Made by a program: the position numbers and the translations under genes. The notes under the pieces are model-generated. The model worked only from the letters and a program-made list of their open reading frames with translations. It did no database searches and was not told where the DNA came from. A stretch of DNA of 64,000 nt from Fistulifera solaris (taxonomy: Eukaryota), in the NCBI GenBank assembly GCA_030295235.1, contig AP026142.1:310001-374000 (forward strand), in the 5' to 3' direction. Shown here in pieces: positions 11,939 through 25,849 of this stretch (position 1 is its first letter; the number at the start of each line of letters is the position of its first letter).

Positions 11939-13864
11939 TTAGATGGCGATCGACTCCAATGCGTTCGTGCAAGCGTTTCGACAGTCTTCGTCTGTCTCTC
12001 CCTCGATACATTTCTTTAGTGAAGGAATGATTTCATTCTGAACAAAGTCTTCATCACCATCTAAGACAATACGCCCCATTCCCCTCGCTGCAACCATTCG
12101 AACATTAGGAACTTTGTCTGTAAGTCCACGGGTTACCTGAGCGACCGCTTCATGCCATGCTGGCCCTGACTTGGCTTCGACGGCTATCTCAATATGAATC
12201 TGAAGGATTGTGCTGCGCACCAAATACGAGTTCGAGTACTGGTTATAAATACCCGTTGTGCGAGGAAGAAGAGTAGAAACTATCCAATCTTGGCCAGCGA
12301 CGCGAACCAGGAGACCCATTCCGCGCACAACAGCTTGTCGGACCGAGGCAACATTGTCCATGAGTAATACTTGCCAAGCGGACTCGAACAGAACAGTAGA
12401 GAAAAATTCCAACCCACGCGCTTCCGCCAAGTGAGGCAAAAGACGAGCAATGGCTTCACGGACTCTCCAATTGGTCGCTTTTGACATCTGTAAAAGTGCG
12501 CCCACGACGCCAGTTAAACCGGGAAGAAGCCGAGAAATCTTGTGCAAGTTGGTGAGAACTTGAAGTTGTACTTCGTGAAATTCATCCGACAAAAAGCTCT
12601 CTAAGAGCGGACCGAATGACTGCAAAATAATATCATCCTCTAAAATTCCACCGTGTGCTGCGTCCATTAAGGCAAGCGCACATTTCGATCTGACGTCCAT
12701 GACAACATCGTCTGCTAGTGTGGGCAGGAGATGCTGCAAATGGGTCTGGAAATGAGCCTGGCCTCCCCATGCGATCATACGAGCTAGATGGGTAACAGCA
12801 GCTGCGCGTACTTCGGATTCAGTATCACTGAGAAGAGTTACAAAACAAGTCATCACGAGAGACTGCTCGGCGTTGAAACGACGTTCCCCGTTAATTCCCA
12901 ACGAAGAAACTACTTCCGAGAAGCACTTAGCCAGATTATTACGCACGTTCCTGTTCGCAAAAGCATCCGATGAGGTGCAAAGAAATATTAAAAAGACAAG
13001 AAAACCACACAAAGAAGCCTTACCAGCTCATATCCGTAGATCCGTCCTTGACAAGCGGCAACCAGTTCTGAATCGTCCACTGCGGATGCTCGCAAAAGCA
13101 TCTCCCACGTTCGCCAATGAGGATACCGCGAGAAGGCGAACCGAATCTTGCTCATCACGGCACAACGCGGGAAGCACAGTCCCCCCGAATTCACGATGCG
13201 CCCAACCGGCTTCCCGGATCACGTGTCCCAAGTGTTTCGCGGCAGCTCTCCTGACCATGGGCGTTTCATCTTGACAGAGTTCTTTGAATGTTGTTAACAA
13301 TTCCGCCTGATGACTTGAGTTATCATCCAACAAGGATAAAATAGACGCCACAATACCCGCAGCGGAAACTTTGGCGGTGAACCACTCGGCGCTGGCCAAG
13401 CGCTTGAGCAATCCGATCCACGGTGCTGGGTCCACCTTGCGTTTCGCTAGATGCACCATGACCGCTACCGCCTGATCACGAACCACTGTTTCTTCTAAAG
13501 AGGCCAAACGCTCTAACATAGGTAAGAAATCCTTCACATACATCGGATCACTCAGAAAGTTGGAAACGCCAATGAGATGCTGCCCCATTATTAGCAGGAT
13601 CTCGTCTACGGGTGGTGGGTTTTGCATCACCAGCTGAGTTAAGTAAGGAAGTAGTTCTGTGGATGCCTTTTCTTCGCCCATTGCAATCGCGACAACGGAA
13701 AGACGCTTCATACTGTCGACAGCCGCTTCCGTGCTGCCGCTATCCACTTGACTTTTGAATAGGTCAAAGGGAGTCATAGCCGCTAGATCCGTTACATCCA
13801 CTTGCAGCGATCGCGCCAGCTGAATACTAGGCATCGGCAGGGTTGACATAGGTGTCGATGTCAT
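11939..13864 (-). CDS. PP2AA: Protein phosphatase 2A scaffold subunit A (HEAT repeats)
   Basis: EETVVRDQAV, WFTAKVSA, LCQDETPMVRRAAA, DEQDSVRLLAV, NWRVR, DKVPNVR motifs; one frameshift near 13050-13080. Confidence 0.93.
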
Positions 13865-14524
13865 TTTAAAACTGGTGTATTGAATGAAATGTAAGACAAC
13901 GGTGGATTACTTCGAGGGATGACTTCCGAGTCAGGACCTTTGCAACTGTCGGGCTAATCTACTAACAAAAAAGCCTCTGTTGCTGCGTCCTTTGCTCCAG
14001 AACAAAATTCTCTTAAGCGCTCGTAATGAATTCAATCTACTGAGATGCAAATGCAGATGAGACGATGCTCAACTCGAGATCCAGTCGATGATAATAAAGA
14101 CTTATTGCTCATGGCGTCTTGCGAGCTGAAAGCCCAAAAAAAAGGTCGCTTCGAGTACACATTGAGCTAGTGTCCATCTTGTGACAGCCGCTCCCCCCTA
14201 AAAGGTCAGACGGTCAGGCGCCAAAATTGCTGACTTTTCAAGAACACGTTTCATAGAACGAGAAATATGTCATTACCAGTACTGTAGCTCCCAAGTGAAG
14301 CATTTGTCCGCATTGAATACGCGTCTTACCGGTTACCACACAAAAGATGATTATTCAGGTCACATTTGGTTGAGTCCTGAGTCGGACGTCGTCATGAAAT
14401 GAAAAATGCGAGCCGCGACCCGCGACAAGTCGAAACGATAAAAAAATGAATGAGCTCAATCTTAGCAACATCCTTTTATAATATGATAAGAAGCAGGCTG
14501 AAATGACGCACAAAACCACATGAC

Positions 14525-17500
14525 ATGTATAAATTCATAAAAGAAAACGATGAGCGGTACGGACGTATCTTAGCGGAAGAATCGGTTCGCGTGGACTATT
14601 CCGTGCTTTCCGTCGGGGTGATGACTTTGGGCTTGATCATGATCGTCGAAGTAGTTCGGCATAAAATTGATCATGCCGCCGGTCAAAGACCCTTTCCCAA
14701 AGCCGTCATTCAGGGAGTTTATTCGGAACGTAAGTTATTTGGCGCTCAAATGTCAAGATTTGTCCTGAGTTCTCACGCCATTTCTTACACAGTGGCGACA
14801 CTGGGAATCGTAGAATTGCTCCTCTTCATGTTATCCAAGTACTACACGGATTTAGATAAAGAAAAATACTTGGTGTTTGCGGATATTCACTTTGCGCTCT
14901 TTTACACAGCAATTTTGAATGCATTCCAATCGGTGATTTTGGCAGTCGTATCGCACCGCGTCGCTCGTCAAATTTGGGTAGAGACGGAAATGCTGGAATT
15001 GAGCCATTATGTCGAAATTCGGGAAGAGTTTGACCAGGTGAAGGCTGCTATGAAAGAGATGGGAGCACAATCTGACTTAGGATTATCGTCTCGCGAAATC
15101 CAAATGGATGAAGATGATTCAGCTTTTACGACAAAACGTTTTTTCAGATCTTTCATGGATCGGTTTCGTTACCCTACTCTACGGCGCAAGTACAACGAAT
15201 TGCTTATTCAAGTCCGCTTTCACGAACTTCGTGTTCATTTCCTGCAAGCATACAATTTGCCGTTAACGTTGAAGGTATCCGATTACTTGCTCGAAAGCCA
15301 GCAGCACGTTCTATTAAAGCTAGTCCACGTATCATCCATTGCTTGGACGCTTTTGACAGGAGCGGTAAATGTAATGTACTACGTCCTTGGAATCGTATCG
15401 TACAAAGTCTCGGACTCGACGATTGTGGGTACGGCATTAATATGGATCTTCTTCTGGTCCATGGCATTGTTTGTGGTGATTGCGGCTGTGGTATATCGAA
15501 AGATGGAATCTATTTTCAAGAAAATCATGGTCGACAAGACGCTTTGGGGTTTGATCAAGCAACAAGGGAACCTAGATCAGCTTCGAGAGCAGCAATTAAG
15601 TTTGTTTTACGGCAGTGATCCAAAGCTTGTTATTGCCGCGATACAATTCATGCAGTTCGGATACGCCGTCAACTTGTCCGTCGTCATCATATTTTGGCAA
15701 GAGATCGATGATGGTAGAATACCGATGGTGGTATATCTTCTCGTCATTGCCGTCTGCTACACGGTCTTCGTTCATGTGACTGCTCGTGTAATTCCACAGT
15801 ATACATTATGCACGAACCTGGGCCAGTTAGTGGATGAAAAGAGGCTCCACGAGACGCTGGCAGCCTTTCTCTTGGAAGAGTCACGTAGACAGGAAGCTGA
15901 TGAAAAGATTGCAAACAAACATCCGCAAAAGCCAATGAATTCTGGAGAAAAGTCCGAAGATCATACGTTAAACGAAGAGACTTCACAATCGGACCTGTCT
16001 GAGGTAAAGCCTACTACTTTGTCACGAACCATATCGAACCGTAGTGTCTCCAATGCGCTTCTCATGGCTGAGCTGGTCAAACTCGACACGAACTCACTCA
16101 GAATGAATCTGCCGACGGAAGAACGCAATAAGATCACCTTTCGTCAGATGGAACGGACGTCTAGACGAGGAAGGCAGAAGAGTTTGTCAGAAGGAATAGC
16201 GACAATGATTGCGATGGGGAATATGCCATTGCCTAATCATTCTTCGAAACCGGATCAAGTAAAAGATGACTCGTTCATTCCTCATTCAGTTGAGTGGAAA
16301 AGGCAAACTATCGCTCTCAAGATAGCGAGACTCTAAAAGCTGAAGACACACTGCGAGATAGTCTCATCGCACGGCGACGGCGAAGTCATCGCTTAAAGAC
16401 TGTGTCGGACGGAGTTGCTGCTATGACTAGAATGCAAGCTAACCTTTCTGTCAATGGCTTGAGTCCAGTCCCTGAATTTCATAACGGATATAGTTCGACA
16501 AGAAGAATACCATCCCCTGTGGTAACAAAGCTTAGCTCGATATCCTTGTCCAATGACGTGCACAACAAGATGGACACAGATCAGCTCAGTGTTCATTCAG
16601 ATGGCGGACATAGCGACATCGATGATGTACCAGAAGTTGAGCCCGCAAAGGAAAGCAGCTATCTTCCGACTCCTGCCACTAGTCTACGGAAACGATTCAA
16701 AAGTTTACCCTCAGCAAGAAATACATTGTTCTCAGCAATGTCTTCGGTACACTTGTTGCTTTTTTTCTGGTTGGTCAACGAGTTGAGAGTTTTCTCCATA
16801 GCGAGGGAATCGTCTCTGAAAAGTTTGTTTCCTTCGATTTCAACAACGAGCACACATTCTGGGCATTGTTTGTCCTTTTCGCGTTGTTTTGCGTGGTGGA
16901 TTGTGCGATACTAACCACCCTGAATCCCTTCGGACAACAAGATCAGCCAACAGGCGAAATGAAGGCTTTGGTTGCCGCGTTACTGGACTTTTTGCTCATG
17001 AGCACTTGCCTTATTTTGTTTATTGTTGCGGAAGTGAAGCGATGCTGCACATCAATCGAGTCAGAAGGACTAGCGAGTGACTCAATTAGTAGTTTTAATG
17101 CACTGAGGCTTCTTGCAGCCGAGCCCGAGAATGACGAAGATTACTTCAACACTGCCGCGCCCTGTTCCTGTCCAAAATTTGGGCATCGTGCGTACAGCGG
17201 TCTAGGGACTATCGAACCATTCACGGCTTTGGTGGGGCTTCGTATTTTCCGCCATTGGGCCGCAGGGCTTATTGTGAAGCGAATTTTATCATTGAACCAC
17301 GGAAAAGTAAAGGAAAAGGAAATAATTGAAAGGATCAGCGCAGATCCGTTTGCAGTCTTTGATGATTCAACGAGGAACAGAAACTTCTTTGGTAAATCTC
17401 ATGACTTACCTTGTGAAGAGATCCGGGGAACTGCTGCCGAACTTTGGAAGGCAGCCGTTGGTGAACATCCCGAAGTCGCAAGGAAATATGGGGAATTTAG

Positions 17501-18839
17501 CAGTGAGATTCTAAAAATAATGCTTGGTATGTCTCTATCCGAATTGGGCAATGGAAATCAGGGTATTTTGCTGAACGAAAGCTCGAGGCTGCTTGGACTC
17601 GGTGATGATGCGTCAAGCTCTTTCACTCTACAAAATCGACATGCAACTCAGGTCTCGAAAACCCACGAAACATCTATAACAGGGCCAGCGGGTAAAACTT
17701 CCGTCAAGGTTACGTCTGCGTTCGAGTCGATTGGTCACAAATCCAATCCTGATGACGAGGAAACATCTACGCCGCCTGCCGTTTTCCAGAAGGATGACCT
17801 AGTTGCTTCAAGCAACAAGATTCCTAGTGAGATCGTTTTTAGATCACCTGGTGCGCAGTTGGTACGATCTATGCGACGATGCGATCGGAAGTTGCTGCCA
17901 ATACTGAACCGGTGGACCGTTGTGGATGTTGTTCTCACGCGATTCGAAATTGTGTACTTTGAGATTTTGAACGCTGATGAAGCTGCGAAACGGGACGACC
18001 CCGTGAGAAAGGTACTTAAAGCCACAAAAGGTGGGAAAGGCTTACGTCTATGCGATGTAGCAAAAGGGCGGCGCATTATTGGGCGGTTGGAAATTTCAGA
18101 AATCGAGTCCATGACCGTACAGAGACACATTGGGACTGTCGACACCGCAGATAACGAAAAGATTAGGCCCGATACCGATGTTTGGGCTGTGGAGTATTGG
18201 AAGGATGCACCCGTTTCCAGTGTTCAGTTTTCTCGCCCTTATCGTTGGAACCAGATTAGAGATCAGCTCCATATCAAAACTATCCATGGGCGAACTTTGT
18301 GCTTACGATTCTATTCAGATCTCGAGAGAACAGAACTGGGCGCAAACCGAGTGACGAATAATGCCGCGATTGATAAGAATAACGCTTTTCAGTGGGTACA
18401 GACCATCGGGCGTTTTTGCGGTCGAGATCAACTCAAGCAGCATCTTCCTCACTTTGGAGATGGGACAGACGATGAGCTACGTGATTACCTTGTCGAACAA
18501 CACGATGCCCACGAAGAAATAGACAAGATGGGACCTCGTCGTGGCTCCACCGGAGATCTTCGTGGATTGCTCGGAAAAAAGTCCGGGAAAGCGGAGAACA
18601 CGGACAGTCCGATGAAACGATCGTTTCGCATGAGCTTTCCGCGCCTCTCGTCGTTGGAAGAACTAGACCACGCAAAGAATGGGGATACCGTCACAAACGT
18701 TCAAACTGAACTAGACGCCCCTGTGCAGTTAGTGGATGTTAATACTCGGACCACACAAGTCGAGTTTGGCGATGCGGAGGATGCGATAGGAGTCAAGCTT
18801 TCGAGCATAGAGCAAGGCATTGTCAGCACCCGTTTATGA
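14525..18839 (+). CDS. MLO-like 7TM protein fused to a 4TM voltage-sensor-like module and a PH-like domain (paralog A)
   Basis: Intron 14730..14792 gives 'VYSELATLGIVELLL'. MLO-like motifs: IHFALF, LRVHFL...DYL...LVHVS..AW, LFYG.DP.LV...QF, PQYTLCTNLG. Frameshifts near 16300 and 16700. Confidence 0.75.
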
Positions 18840-19417
18840 TGAAGCAGTCACGTACCGGCTAGAAAGAGCAAACTGAATACCATTGGAACGTAGTTGGAGA
18901 CTTCAGCTGCACCTATCGCATATCGCTAATTCTCAGGTTGTGACGGAACGAGTCTTATCAGCATACCTCAAGCAAAACGAAAAAGTTGGATAGATTTAGA
19001 TTTAAATTTTAAAAGTTGTTAAATGCAGCATTTCATTTCAACCCAAGCTTTCGAATCTAGTCTCTCTAGCTTTCAGATAGAGAATGAATAATTGCTAAGA
19101 ATAGTATGCCAAATACGGAGTTGACCGTAGAAAATGCTTACAGTTAGTCAAACACGCCGGCCAGACCATCAACGGACAAGTTTGTATCGCGTAAATAGTG
19201 GTGTTGATTGACACTTTTTCAGTTTTCTCCTCATTGAAGATCCTATATAGCCTTGGTACTAATTTCTACAGAGGCCTTTGATTTGAATTGTCTCCGCCGC
19301 GTGTGCGCTTTGACCGTTTCCTCTCATTCTTGAGTATTTGTTGCTCTCTTCTTCACCTTTTCGTAGAAAAGAAACAAACAACATAATTGAGCCAGAACAG
19401 CAGAAAGAAGAAGCAAA

Positions 19418-22400
19418 ATGGACGAAGATACTGATCTGCTGAACGAAAGCTACGAGAGCATGACGCAGGTGGACCCCTTGTCACTTTTGTTGTCGGTGAA
19501 AACGTCGAATCACGTCTACGTGAAAAGTGATGAATATGCTTGGGTCCCTGCCCGCTTGCTCGAGTCCGACGGCGAGAAAGCAACCGTATCGATTCCTCAT
19601 TACCGAGATGAGCAAGCTATTCAGTCGGATGGGGGACGGGGCTCGAAAACGTCGAGCAAAGTCGTCGTGGAATTGAAAGATTATCCGACACGAGCTCTTT
19701 ACTTGCAAAATGTGGATGAAGAGGGAAATTTGAGAGAAGTGGAAGATATGGTGGACCTTCCTTTTCTGCATGAGGTATGTATCGTTCGTTCTAGTTCATC
19801 TCGTGGAACGGAACTCTTGTTCTCACGGCGTCTTTCAATTAGGCTGCAATTCTGTACAACCTCAAGTTTCGTCACAAGCAAGGGAAACCCTACACGAGGA
19901 CCGGTGACATTGTCATTGCATGTAACCCTTATCAATGGTACAATCACTTGTATACAGAACAAGTTCGTCACCAATATGCCGAGACTCTAGTTTGGAGCAT
20001 ACCGGATGGCAGTTGTGATCCTCGTTCTACCATTACTCCCCACGTTTACGAAGCCAGCGCCCTCGCATACAGAGGACTTTCCGTAGAAGGTGACGATCAG
20101 TCCATTTTGGTATCAGGAGAATCCGGAGCTGGAAAGACGGAGACTGTCAAAATTTTACTTTCCCATCTCGCCAGCGTCCAGAGGGGCCGCAACGCCAAGC
20201 CCTTGCCCGACGTGCCCCATCAGAAACAGCACGACCCTATCGTTCAGCGAGTTCTGGACAGCAACCCACTTCTTGAGGCTTTCGGCAACGCCAAGACGGT
20301 TCGTAATGATAACTCAAGTCGCTTCGGAAAGTATCTGCAACTGCAATTCGATGCAGAAGACCCGGCGGCTGCCGCTTTTGCCGGCAAAACTGCCCCTTCC
20401 TGCGTCTTGGCCGGTAGTAAATGCGAGGTGTATCTCTTGGAAAAATCGCGTGTGTGCTTGCACGAAGAAGACACGGAAAGAACGTATCATATTTTTTACC
20501 AGTTGCTCGCAGCACCCGAAGAGCAAAAAATAAAGTTCTGGAAAGGCCTGGAGGACACGGACAATGAATCGTTTTGCTACGTCGGTCACACCGACACACA
20601 CGAAATTGAAGGCAAAAGCGACGCCGAGCGTTTCCAGTACACGGTTGATTCTCTTGCACTGGTGGGCATCGAAGGAGAGACTCTACGAAACCTGATGCGA
20701 GTCATTTGCATTGTATTGCAGCTCGGAAACCTCATTTTCGACCCAGACGCAACCGACGATGGCAAAACTGTCATTTCAGATGAAGCTGATTTGTTGGCCT
20801 TAGCTGAGCTCATGGGAGTGACTTCTACTGATTTGCAAAGCGCCTTGACCATCCGGACCATCGTCGCACGGAATGAAGAATTCAAAGTTCCCCTTAATTC
20901 GACCGCTGCCAAGGAATCCTGCGACGCGTATGCGAAAGAAATTTACGCGAAAACATTTTTATGGCTTGTGCGCACTGTCAATGATGCGACGTGCGCCGAA
21001 ATGAACTACGAAGGAGGAAGAAAGTCAGGATTCGGTTTGATCGGATTGCTCGATATTTTCGGTTTCGAGTCCTTTGAGACCAATCGATTTGAACAGCTTT
21101 GTATCAATTACGCAAACGAGAAACTGCAACAAAAGTTCACTCAAGATATATTCCGCTCTGTGCAACAAGAGTACGAGTTTGAAGGCATCGAATTAGGAGA
21201 AATCACATATGATGACAACACCGACGTTTTGGATCTCGTCGAGGGACGGATGGGGCTGTTGGCGTTTTTAAACGAGGAGTGCCTCCGGCCTGGGGGTAAC
21301 GACAAAGGCTTTGTATCGAAGGTACAAGCAATGAATAAGGAGAATCCCTGCTTCATCCGGGAGAACCATTTTCATGAGTGTGAATTCGGTATCCACCATT
21401 ACGCTGGTCGCGTTATCTATGATGCGGATGCTTTCGTCACCAAAAATATGGATACCCTTTGCAAAGACTTACAGGAAATTTCCGCGAAGAGTACAAACCC
21501 CATCATCGCGAAAGAGATGGTAAATGATTCTATGGTTAACTTGGCAACTTCTTCCGGCGCAATTGGGGCATCAAAGGCGAAAAAGAAGGCTCCAGCTAGA
21601 GCAGCGGCCCAGCAAAAGTCTTCGAAACCAGGAATGACAGCTAGCAATAGGCAGAACAGTAGTTCCATAGCCCAAGACACTGTCTGGACGAAATTCAAGA
21701 GTCAGCTAACTTCACTGATGTCGAGTTTGAAGTTGACTCGCACGAGATACATTCGATGCATCAAGCCTAACACCTTCAAAGAACCTTTGGTAATGCAGCA
21801 CCAATCGACGGTGGAACAACTTCGATGCGCGGGTGTTGTTGCGGCTGTTACGATTTCGCGCTCTGCATTTCCCAACCGACTTGAACACGAAATTGTCACC
21901 GATCGCTTCAAGTCAGCATGGAAGCCCGGTCAACTCATCAAGGCCGAAGAATCCGCAGCTGAGAATTTGGAAGAAAGACCACGTATTCTTGCACAAGCTC
22001 TTCTTACGTCTGCTCTCAAACCTCTGGCGTATGTAAACGAAACGGGGCACACTGTCCAAGCGTTTGTCTTGGGACGGTCAAGAACTTATTTCCGGGCCGG
22101 TGCCCTGGAGTTTCTGGAAAGTGAGCGTCTTAAGCGATTGGCAACATGGGCTACACTCATTCAGCGATATGCAAGGCGTTTCACCGCGCGCTCGCTTTAC
22201 CTCAAACAGCGATCTCTCGCCATCATGATTGCATCGTACATTCGCATGCGTAGCAAACGACGAGCATATCAGCATTTGCGAAAGGTATCAATTACGTTGC
22301 AATGCTGGTACCGTTGTATCTGGGCAGCGAGTGTTTTGAATCGCTTGAACCGTGACCACAAAGCGACACTAATCCAAACCCAATGGCGGATGTCCTTGGC

Positions 22401-23421
22401 TGTAGATGGCCTTCGACAAAGCCGGAAAGCGACCGTTCAAATTCAACGCATCATGCGAGGTGCTATACAGCGACCGAAGTTTCGCGCTGCACTGCATGAA
22501 AGGAGAGAGGAAGCTAAGCTGGAGAACCAGTTACGAGCCCTTCAGCGAAAGTTAGAAGAGGCAGAGCAAGCTCGAGTTGAAGCTGAGAGGAAAGCGGAAG
22601 AACGCGCCAGAGCTCGCATCGAAGCGGAGGCAAAGGCTGCAGAAGAAGCAAAGCTAAAGGCAGCCGAGGAGGCGGAAGAAAAGAAGAATGGCCAAGTTGA
22701 CGACGGCGAATCTGCAGTTCATTCGGCAGTCTCTCGCTTATCATCCGATGGCGTGTCCGAACTCCACGTAGACGAATCACCCGAGTCCCAGACTCGTTCT
22801 CTTTCAGCCCAGCAACAAACTCTGATGGACGAAAGCGGCAGGATGTTAGAATACCTTCGAAAAGAGGTTTTCAGGTATCGAACCCAAAACGCTCAGATGC
22901 GAGCAGATTTTGATGTTCTCAAAGAAAACAATCAGAGATTAATGGACGCGAATGCTTCAGCCGGAGCCTCATTCAGCGCTTTGAATCAACACACTAAGCA
23001 ATTATCGAAAGCGAATGAGAAGCTGACCGCTGAACTTGCCGCTTATAAGAAACAAGCGCAAAAGTTAGGAGTTATTCAAGTTGAACTGAAGGAAGAACTA
23101 AAGATGAAACAGGCAACTTATGTGGCTGAAGTTCATTCGAGGTTGCAATATCAGAAAGCCTTGCAGAAAATAGTCGATTTGGTTGAGCAGAGATGCCGTG
23201 ATCCTCGTCTCGCGGAAGATATTTTGAGGGTTGCTGATACATGCGATTCAGAGTTCTCTCAAGGTACTACAACAGCCGCTAGCCCGAAAGACACTTTATC
23301 TACCCCTTCCCCAGGGGGGAACCAGCGACAGCGCTTCGCGAAGAGATTCCTTCCTGATGACAAGCATTCGGTCCTTGTGGTCCTAAATCGAACACGGTGG
23401 TTTACGCTTCCGAATGCTTGA
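19418..23421 (+). CDS. Myosin heavy chain (diatom type): N-terminal SH3-like region, motor, IQ repeats, E/K/R-rich helix, coiled-coil tail
   Basis: DMVDLPFLHE|AAILYNLK (intron 19775..19842), GESGAGKT, LEAFGNAKT.RNDNSSRFGK, LLDIFGFE, NYANEKLQ, YIRCIKPN; several IQ-like motifs. Confidence 0.97.
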
Positions 23422-23799
23422 CTATCGACGGACTTTGAATGTCGAAATGCTGCCAACTACCTCGGCATTGATGCTTAGACCCAATTAAAGCTGCCCTCCG
23501 TACGAGGATAACGATGTTTTTTTTCTTTACATGAAATCGTGTTCCTAGTGAGTTTTACGAAAGCTGATTCGATTGTCGTTTCACGAGTCCGAAGAGCACC
23601 ACAACGCGTACAAAATGCTGCATTAGATTCAGCTCTAACGCGTTGAAAACACTTAGGCTAACGTTAACTGTCAGCAGCCGTTAGCAACAAATAGTTTGAC
23701 TTGGTGGATAAATCTAGAGGAGTCAGAAAACAACATTCCTTGACTTAAAAAAATACACTCGCATAAAACAAGCACTAATTTGACACAAAGCGAGATATC

Positions 23800-24452
23800 T
23801 CAGGCCGCTTCGTCGTATTTCTGGTAATTGTCAGCATCCGTGGTTGCAGCGACAGGTGTTCGCGCACCGTGTTTGACATCAATGGGAGCCACAATAATGT
23901 GCGACTTGAAATGAAATACGAGAAGACTGAACAAAGACATTATCAGAAAGAGAATGAATCCTATCGTGGCAAACACTCGGTTTGTTGCGGAGTTTCCGTA
24001 AGGGTAGCTGCGAAAAGTACCAAATAGGAGCAAGTTCTGATTGGCCAAAATCGTCAAAACACCCAACAAGAAGCCAACCGAGAAAGATGTCGGAAATCGT
24101 TTGAGCACGAAGGTTCCTAAAATGCCCAAGCACAAGTGAATCACGCCCGTCCATACGGATGCCATGGCAAACGCTTTCGATCCTCGACCTGCCTGTAAGT
24201 TTGCCACTAATAAAAAGTAAAGAAAAAATGTGAGAAGTTCTATTGCAGCGATGCTGTGCTATCATGCTAGAATGGTACGGTAGTGCATGACTTCAAGTAA
24301 TCGCTACAACAACACTCACTTTCAATGAATGATTGGATGAAAAAGAGTATGAGAAAGATGAGAGAGATTCCCCAGGCTCTGTGAATAGAGCTTTTTGGAT
24401 CTTCTTCGCATGATTGAAAAAGCTTGCTCAGTATTCCGCTTGTTGATGTCAT
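23800..24452 (-). CDS. Small 4TM hypothetical membrane protein; 2 exons (intron 24207..24319)
   Basis: Splicing joins ORFs 24267..24452 and 23800..24207 in frame (IE-MANL); four hydrophobic segments. Confidence 0.7.
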
Positions 24453-25052
24453 TGTGTAGTTTTTTCGTAAAGAATGCCGAAAACCAAAAGCTCGTGTATT
24501 TTAATAGTCACAGCCGTTGATGCTTTTGCGCTTTCTTTTGAGATGAATGAGCAACGTCAAGAACCTTTAGTTGTATTAAAATGTTCGATGCGTTCTTGCA
24601 GCTTGCATTGCATCTCAAGCAAGGTACGCTCACTTTTTTACCTAGTCATTTTCCTACATTAAAACTTACTGCGAAAAATATTGTCGTTGGGTTCTCTATC
24701 ATTGGAATTTTTCCGCATAATGTGAAACAAGATAAAATTCTCTACTATTTCCCAGTACGAGATGGACGTTTTCTATTTAATATCGAGAGGTCCGAAAAAG
24801 GTCATCCACACGACGTACAGACCGTGGAAGCTAGATGATGCATGCATTTACACATTTTTTTATTGAAACGGATGCATAGTAACTTCAATCGGCACATTGA
24901 TGGAAAAGCACCTCTCATTGCACCATTCATTCTGTCCGTCAATAGAAGCGGCGGTAATCAAAATTAATTTTCATTTGATAATGATATGTACAATCATTTC
25001 AGCAGTGAAAATGTCAGACATTTACATGTCCAGGACACAACGTTTTTCGGCA

Positions 25053-25849
25053 TTACTTCAAAAATTCCACCGAATAGTGTTGGGGACTACTCATCTTTGT
25101 GGCCTTTGCATTTGGATCAATTGTCGAAGTGGGCGGCTGCGGGCCGATCAGCTGACGCCGCTTAGGTGGCGGCGCGGGCCCGAGAAGTTCCCGCTTCACC
25201 GCGGACTCGGGACAACATTGCTTCTCGAACGACTCTAACAGTTCAACAAAGGCGGGAATAGGACACGCCTCTGGTCTACGTCTTGTAATCAAAGCGAGCG
25301 CTTCCTTGGCTGTCATCGACGCGCGCCTAAATCGCAGCCACAATCTTGTGAATTTCTTTTGACAAAGCAGTTGGACAGCACCGTATAGACTTACTTTATG
25401 AGATAAATGGCGGCAGCTGTGGTCGAGCGTGAGACACCTTGCTGACAGTGAACGAGCACACTTCCATGGAGTAATCCCTTGGAGATAAAGGATATGATTT
25501 CCTCGGCGGCATCCAAAATGCCACTTGCACCGGTAGGAGAATCATAAACCGCAATGCGTTTGTATTGAAATGCAGGTACAATGTCGACCTTTTTCTCGAA
25601 GTAGTTGGGGACTCCGGCCTGAGAGTAATCGAGAGTTAAAAATTGATGAGTGCATGTGACTCAAGTCCGCCGAATTATAGCGCTATCCCATACCTTGACA
25701 TTGACGTCCTTTTCGGGAGTCATATTGAGAATATGAGTGATATTCCATTGTCGCAGCTTTTCTAAATTCTTAGCATCCTTCTTCCCACCGATGTAAAGAC
25801 CAGGGCGACTCCCACCGACCAGCTCTTTACACTGGTAGATCAAACTCAT
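25053..25849 (-). CDS. Dual-specificity protein phosphatase; introns 25619..25693 and 25327..25394; probable upstream exon beyond intron 25867..26069
   Basis: GLYIGG...ITHILN, catalytic VLVHCQQGVSRST, 'RRPEACPIPAFVELL'. Confidence 0.9.

Noticed and set aside
18836..18878. ATGATGA...CTGA resembling a C/D snoRNA
   Set aside because: Overlaps the stop codon, is too short, and has no stem or guide.
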